Under the pieces are notes generated by a model. It saw only the letters and a program-made list of their open reading frames with translations, was not told the origin of the DNA and did not search any database. A program made the position numbers and the translations under genes. From contig NOWV01000266.1 in assembly GCA_003344405.1 (NCBI GenBank), positions 57,887 through 77,886 on the forward strand: 20,000 nt of DNA, in the 5' to 3' direction. This DNA comes from Trichoplax sp. H2 (taxonomy: Eukaryota). How positions within the stretch are numbered: position 1 is the first letter of the stretch; each line of letters starts with the position of its first letter. Shown here piece after piece: positions 13,224 to 20,000 of the stretch.

Positions 13224-13860
13224 GACTCTTGATAATTAGTCAAGATATTTCCGTTATAGGAAGTAAAGCCGGTTCTTATATTTACGGAATGTGTATAAAA
13301 TGATCAGTCCTTGCCAAAATGTTTATGAATGTCAACGATACAATGTACTTTGACGGCAAGCCCGAAACATAATTTTAAACTTTTATAATTCTGTTGACAT
13401 TGCAAATCTTTAGCTTCGTCCAAGACCGCAGAAACGGTTATTGAAATATACAGTATACGCAATACCTTACTGCATACACAATAGAAAGATCTTAATTACG
13501 ATATCGTAATATCTGAAATAATACTACCCAGTATTGTTTCATCTTACGCGTAATGCTACTAGAGAGTTTAAAATATACCCGACGTAACGTAGACGTAGAC
13601 GTAAGGTGCTACAACTACTTTCTGGTACGTATGTAAGTTTAAGATCGTACAGTAGACCGTAATATCAATTCAACTGAATCTGAGCGTCGTGCCTATTATA
13701 CTGTATGATCTATGTAGAAAATGGCCGATTACTGTGCTATGCTATGTCGATTACAAACCAGTCCCTGTTACGAACGTAGTCGCCGCGGCGTAAATCTAAA
13801 CTTTACTTTCTGAGGAACGTAGTTTCACTTAATAAATAAATATTACAACTAGAGAAGTAT

Positions 13861-16800
13861 TCATTTCATCCATCGAAGTAATTTTTTTATCGTTTCAATA
13901 GAAGACGACCGGTAACTGCTTCCAAAATGATTCCTAAAATTATTGCAAAAAAACTGTGATTGCCATAGAAAAATGGGTGATATTTAAGATTGTAAGAGTC
14001 AAACATAAGGTCAAAGAGATCTTACAGTGATTTAAAATGTACCAAGGAATTGTACTTACCAGTGATTTAGATAGTGAAACAAGGCATAAAGCTCCTGACG
14101 TTTATCAAATCCAGGTTTCTTAGGAATTAGTTTATGATAGGATGTGTAAAACGCACTTTTGAATCCCCCAAATAATTTGGCAATAGATAAATCAAATTCG
14201 GAATGACCATAAAAGCATGCTGGATCTAATATAACTGAAATAATAAGTTTGCCTTTTAATGCAGTTCTATCGTTCAAGATTATACTATTAAGTTATGCAA
14301 GAATTTAGATTCTAAAATTGCCTCAAGATATGTAATAGCTTTAAAATTGACATTGCGTATGGTACACTCGTAGATATCTATGATTAATTCGTAGTTATTA
14401 TGATTCTTAAAGAAAATAGAATATTTGACTAATCCACTATATATAGTATATACGCAGTGCTATATACGTGTATATACCTGGCATATCTGGAGTTTCGGCC
14501 ACATTCCCATTCCATAAATCCCCATGAAGCAGGGACGGTTTAATCTCAATCTCTTTAAAAAATTGGTTAATCTTATTTTCAAGACACGGCCATAAATGTC
14601 GAAGCTCCGGATCTTGATACTAATAGTAAATTAAGATAAAGCATGAACACAAACGATGATGTTACGGAGTAGCTTTAGCATAGTCGCTGCAACATAGTTT
14701 TGTAAGAAATATGGATTTGGCTATGAAGTTTTACATGTCTTTAATAGATAATCGCATATTTCTACGATATTATCTAAGTACTGATAAATTAATACTTACA
14801 TGGATTTATTATAAATTGGCTGATTCTCTAATAAAGTTTAGGTTCAGTTTTGTCTAAGATACTCATAGTGTTATTTTGTAGGCTTAATTTTCTTTGATAT
14901 ACGAGTATAATGTATAGGTAAGCAAGATTAATACCTGAATGGGAATAACTAACGTACATAATCTCTTAAGAATGAATACAGCAATATAATAACCAGTCTT
15001 TAGTGTAAGTAACTAATACTAATAAAAAATTGCTATAATGAGCTTACCGTTCGATCTATTAAATTAACTTGATATTTTAGTCTTCGTTGCGTAAAAAATT
15101 CCTAAGGAAAAACATACAAATGCACAAGGAGTAAATACCAAAATTAATACTAACAATAACATTCCAGGAAATACTATGCTACATCAGGTTTTGAAAATTA
15201 ATCAAGTTTACTTTTAATTAAATGAAAAGCAACGAGTGTAGGCCCACGGATCTTGTTCGTGGTTTAAGGCTCGTTGCACAGTACATTATGGCAAGCTTAA
15301 TTAAGTAGCCTGTACAGTGTAATGTACCGGTATCTGTACAGTATGTACAGTATATCCCTCACTACAAACATAATAGCTAATCTATAATATTTTAATATAC
15401 CGTACTTATTACCGTATTTATAACATAAAATTTTTTAAACTTTTAATGATATGGTATAGGTATGGACAATAAATTTAGTTATAATTAGATTAGTAACGAC
15501 AAATACTTAAAAATACGTATATAAACTACTAGTAGTATATTTATTCTTATTCTGCTATGTCCAATACCATGCACAGTTGCACATCGTGACAGGCAAATAT
15601 TAGTACCTTAAGATGAGTTGATATCGTAGATATTCGCAGCAATGTACGTTACAATAAGGTGACTAAGCTGAATTAAATTTATATACGCAAATACGAGAAA
15701 TACGAGTATTTCTCACATAAACTAATCTATACGCTCTATACAGTACATACACTACTACTATAAAGAAATCACCATTTCTAGAACCTACACCTAGTGATAA
15801 GTGCGTTCATTACACAAGTACATTACTCAATCGGCTATTGTAGTCCACAATAATAACAATCTACACATTATATTGTACGTATTTGGTTTAAGATATTACA
15901 GTATATAAACATGCAATATTGATTCTTAGTTATTTCTTACTATCCAGCTATTGCACCATGTATTATCAAGAGGGATATAACCACAGCAAGTTGTGGTATG
16001 AAATCCAAATTTTCGTATAGCCTTCTCTTGATCTATAGGGGTGCCTAACCGGTCTTCATTTTCAATCATTTGTAAATTTCGTAAGTGCATCCTTTTAAAA
16101 ATGCATGTTAGATAGAGTAAGGCCTGCAATACTGAAATTCGAAAGATCTGTACCGTACAACGTAAGTTTCTTTTACAGTGTACATATACATACGATACAT
16201 CAACATTTTACATAATATAAGATTAGCCGTAAGGTACTACCCTTACATGTACTGTAGTATGATCGATACAAACTGATGATTCATCACCTAACACTAAATA
16301 CTGTACTGTACGAAGGAATTAGTAGAAATATCGGCGCAGCTACTTACAACAGGCACTCCCTTCTGATGTTCCCAATAGACTATAGAAATTTTTCATCATG
16401 AAAACGTAGTTGGAACTAAAGTTATGCGTCTGTATCTTGTATTTACGCAATACTAGCTGTATGTTTCTAAATAAGTTCCTATATACGTATATACACGTAT
16501 TCACACTATATACGCGTACCTCAGCATACATCTCTAACAGTATTTTCACTAAAACCCAAAAGTAACTTTTAAGTCTGGTAAATGCAAGCTACTTATGCTA
16601 AAGCCATCCCGTAGATATTTTTAAAATCCTAGAACACTTCCTACCAGAAACCTTACAGTTCGAATAAATCTGATGTCCTGATTATTTTATTAGTAAGTAC
16701 TGTACTATAAATTCCGATCTACGTACTGTAGCTCGTCAGAATCTATGATATCTCACAACAATTTGTAGTATGTACTCATAGAATGCAAATCAGTATCATT

Positions 16801-18406
16801 GGGTACTATTAATTTCACTAACCTTGCCAGCTGCTCGCCTAGTGAAGCTTGATACCTACTTAAGTTGACAATCTCTAAATACTCCATTACCAAAGCATTT
16901 ACATTTTCAAATTGTATAACCTAACAATAAAATGATAATTATGCAAATATGTGCTAATGTACATTCAGTGTATCTAATAATAAATAGTTCGTTTGGATTG
17001 CTAAATCACTAGCTGACAGATACAGTATGTACACTCGGTAAACTGTATGCTGCACAATGATTACTCACACATGCTACTTTGTCAGATCAATCACTACCTT
17101 TGATTAGTTAGTCACAGAATTGGTCACTACTGAGTAGCAGCTAAAACTAGTTATCCAACTATCAATACAACTCAAAATTACTCGTTAGCAGTAAATTATA
17201 AATGCATACATCAGCATCCATAATATAATTAATTACTTATTCATTCATAAATTAGTAATTCATAACATTATAACTGTAATACTTTTTACTTTTTACACTG
17301 CAGTTGGGATCACATTGGGTAGTGTAAGTAACAAAATTATGATACGCCTTACTACTTGTATACAAATATATATATATATACATGAATTGTTGTCATTATG
17401 CTGTAAGTTACGAAGGATTTCTCAATGCAGGGAAGCTAAAGATTGAGTTATAATGAATCAGTTATGAATAAAAGTTGATTTCACTTTGGACCACGCCAAC
17501 CAAATAAAGCAATTTTATTTATAATTATAATTATTTATGTACAGTACTGTATATACGGGTATACTGTAACACTAATTTAATTAATTAATTACTATCTTAC
17601 TGTACGTAAAGTAAAGTATTGGCTAATATCTTAAATCACTCATACTTATTCCCCTCTTTGAATCAACATCATCTTCTACGTACAGTATTTTTGATTGCTG
17701 TAAAAAATCATAGGTATAATACCATAAGTATTAAGTAATCACAAGAAAAGTTGCCTTCTCCCAACCCAACAAGAAAGAAATAGGGACTTTTTGAAAGACA
17801 AGATTTTCTTGAGTAGTCTCTGTTTACGACTTACTATAGCTGTTCACAGTGCAGGTTTCCATCCTCGATTATAATAATACATAATATAACTAGTGATGTA
17901 CTTCATGTAACCACATTCATACCAAAATACTTCAAAAATAGAGTAAAAGTGTCCGTTGAACTACTGTACAGTACATTTAGTAATTTCTGTATTACAGTAA
18001 GGCCCAGTAATTGTATACCATTTCATTCATTGTCACCTTGATCGGCTTAGGCACTCTAATAGTTTGAGTGTTTACGATCGCCAATAAACCTTCCATTTCG
18101 CCGTTGAACATTCTGGCAGCCTTCAAATAAGAACGTATTTTGCGAATATATCCGTAAGTCACTTTCAAATTTGGATCAGAATTCATTCGCCAGAATTGAT
18201 CCTGTTCACTTAATCCAGATAAAATATCAAGTAATGTAATAAGAGAATGAAATAAATGAACGTACATGTTCTTTCTTGTTGAATTTGATAAAGACTCTTC
18301 CAGAGTCAGTTAGGTAACTTTTGCTACTACTTATACAGCCGCCACTAATATCGTCTACGACTTCTAAAGTATTCGTCTGCAGTTCCTTTTTAAGTTTATC
18401 CTCCAT
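13861..18406 (-). CDS. FN3K: Fructosamine-3-kinase / ketosamine-3-kinase family protein (FN3K/FN3KRP), 8 exons, ~305 aa
   Basis: Exons 18406-18266, 18120-18037, 16920-16823, 16091-15941, 15101-15048, 14619-14478, 14234-14060, 13933-13861 (918 nt). Motifs [104 protein letters not shown]. Confidence 0.96.
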
Positions 18407-18509
18407 ATTTCCGACTGTGAGAGGCGGAGATCTCTTTAACAAATTTATATCAGACAATAAAGTTTAAAGTTTATAGTATAAACTATGACATCTTTGTCGT
18501 GATAACCTA

Positions 18510-18772
18510 ATACTGTACAGTACTGTACACCTAACCGGAGTCACACTGAATTTTTTCGCACCACAGTACGTACTGTACACTGTACAGTACTACAATGCTG
18601 CAAGTAATATCATACAGGCTGATACTGTACTGTACAGCTAAGCCAACAGGTGAGTCGGTCCGTCCGACTCGCGTACCGTAGTGTACGGTACTGCGTCTGT
18701 ACAGCACAGTATAAAGTACAGTACAGTATACAGACACTAGCACAGTACCATACTGTACAGTACCATACGGTA
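18510..18772. repeat. Palindromic (TACTG/TACAG)n array in the FN3K/MTRFR divergent promoter
   Basis: tactgtacagtactgtacac, tactgtacactgtacagtac, gtacagtacagtatacag and atactgtacagtaccatac. Confidence 0.85.
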
Positions 18773-18860
18773 AATGCCCATCATATTCGGAGTAACATAC
18801 TGAGAGTGTAGAGGTAACGCGAGATTTATGGCAGACTTGTAGTATTTAAGAGGAAACGAC

Positions 18861-19829
18861 ATGCAAAGTTTCATACTTAGTCAGCAATACAACAGAGTAT
18901 CACAAATTTTACAAGGTAATTCAAAAATAATACACATTACGACTATGTTCAGTAATCTACTTCATGGTGGATCTTGGTATACAAACTATTACGCACAAAG
19001 CCAAATTCCTACAAAGGATATCGAAGAGAGTTTTGTGAAAGGCTCTGGGCCTGGTGGACAGAAAGTAAATAAATCGTCAAATTGTGTTATATTGAAACAT
19101 AAGCCGACTGGCATTGTGATTAAGGTTAGCCGAAATCTTAGATAATTATGATAACCAGATGCTGCCTGTTTTTTTATTACCTTTATCTATCTGTTAGCTA
19201 TTTAAATCTCATTTTACTGTACAGTACAATAACTGTGCATTCAGCATACATTATAATTATTATTATGGTTATAATACTGTACACCGTAATATTCCTACAC
19301 TACTGTACTGTACACTGTACTGTACAGTAATATTGTAGCTCGAAATAGCTTGCATTTTATGACAACTGTGCACTTACTATAGATGTTATCTTATTACCAA
19401 TTAGCTAAGTGAAATGTTATGCTATATCGTATCTAAAATACTACTAGACTATAATTGCATCGACATACCGCAACTCCGCAGGAGACTATTAAAGAGTACT
19501 AGTCCCTAATGCTACCCTCCTCTTGCTCTGCGTTACTATACGAGTACAGTATAATTAAATATTATTATTGCTGTAATCGCCTGCTAACTTTCATCATAAC
19601 ATTCTATATCATCTCCGCCTTCTCTCTGTAGTGCCATCAAAGTAGATCCCAATATCACAACAGGATAATAGCTCGTCAATTACTGAAAGACAAAATAGAA
19701 GCTTCGCAAAATTGTTCAAACAATTCACAAGAAAAAAAATTTCTTAAGCAGAAAAGAAAGAAAATGACCTCCAAAATACGAAGTAAAAGAAAATTAGAAA
19801 TATTGAAAGACAATAAAGCCATCGATTAA
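18861..19829 (+). CDS. MTRFR: Mitochondrial translation release factor in rescue (C12orf65-like), 2 exons, ~153 aa
   Basis: Exons 18861-19124 and 19632-19829. RF-1 GGQ domain DIEESFVKGSGPGGQKVNKSSNCVILKHKPTGIVIK|CHQSRSQYHNRIIARQLLKDKI followed by a lysine/arginine-rich C-terminal tail, the hallmark of C12orf65/MTRFR rather than ICT1. The start could alternatively be the in-frame Met at ~18945. Confidence 0.9.
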
Positions 19830-20000
19830 CAGTAATATAATTCCTTTTAATGAATGACTAAATAATATGGCATGTGACTGTATTCCAGTAATTCTAATGT
19901 AATATAAACACCATAAATGCTAACTCCAATCTTATATATGGAAAAGTTTGCTATGATGCGCGTAAACAAAATCGCAGAGTTAAACTATCACGGTCCTAGA

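Noticed and set aside
13581..13800. Short (ACGTA/G)n run at ~13581-13604 and the palindrome CGCCGCGGCG at ~13781-13790 between BUD23 and FN3K
   Set aside because: Too short and isolated to assign a function or an element boundary.

Overview
AT-rich, gene-dense eukaryotic (animal-type) genomic DNA with many short GT-AG introns. The compact architecture and TACTGTACAGTA low-complexity tracts are reminiscent of a placozoan (Trichoplax-like) genome, but that taxonomy is inference only. Six spliced protein-coding genes can be reconstructed by hand as three head-to-head pairs: STK36/fused kinase (-, 5' part only) with a RUN+coiled-coil+FYVE RUFY gene (+); RPS14/uS11 (-) with BUD23/WBSCR22 (+); and a fructosamine/ketosamine-3-kinase (-) with the mitochondrial rescue factor MTRFR/C12orf65 (+). 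All five complete models keep reading frame across every junction. The most notable non-genic signals are: palindromic (TACTG/CAGTA)n arrays concentrated in all three divergent promoters; a probable Helitron Rep/Hel protein relic plus a degenerate minisatellite inside the RPS14/BUD23 promoter; a Helitron-like 3' terminus between RUFY and RPS14; an archaeal-like RAPGG motif in RPS14; and an H/ACA-like hairpin antisense in an FN3K intron. No clear-cut novel multi-gene system is demonstrable from sequence alone.
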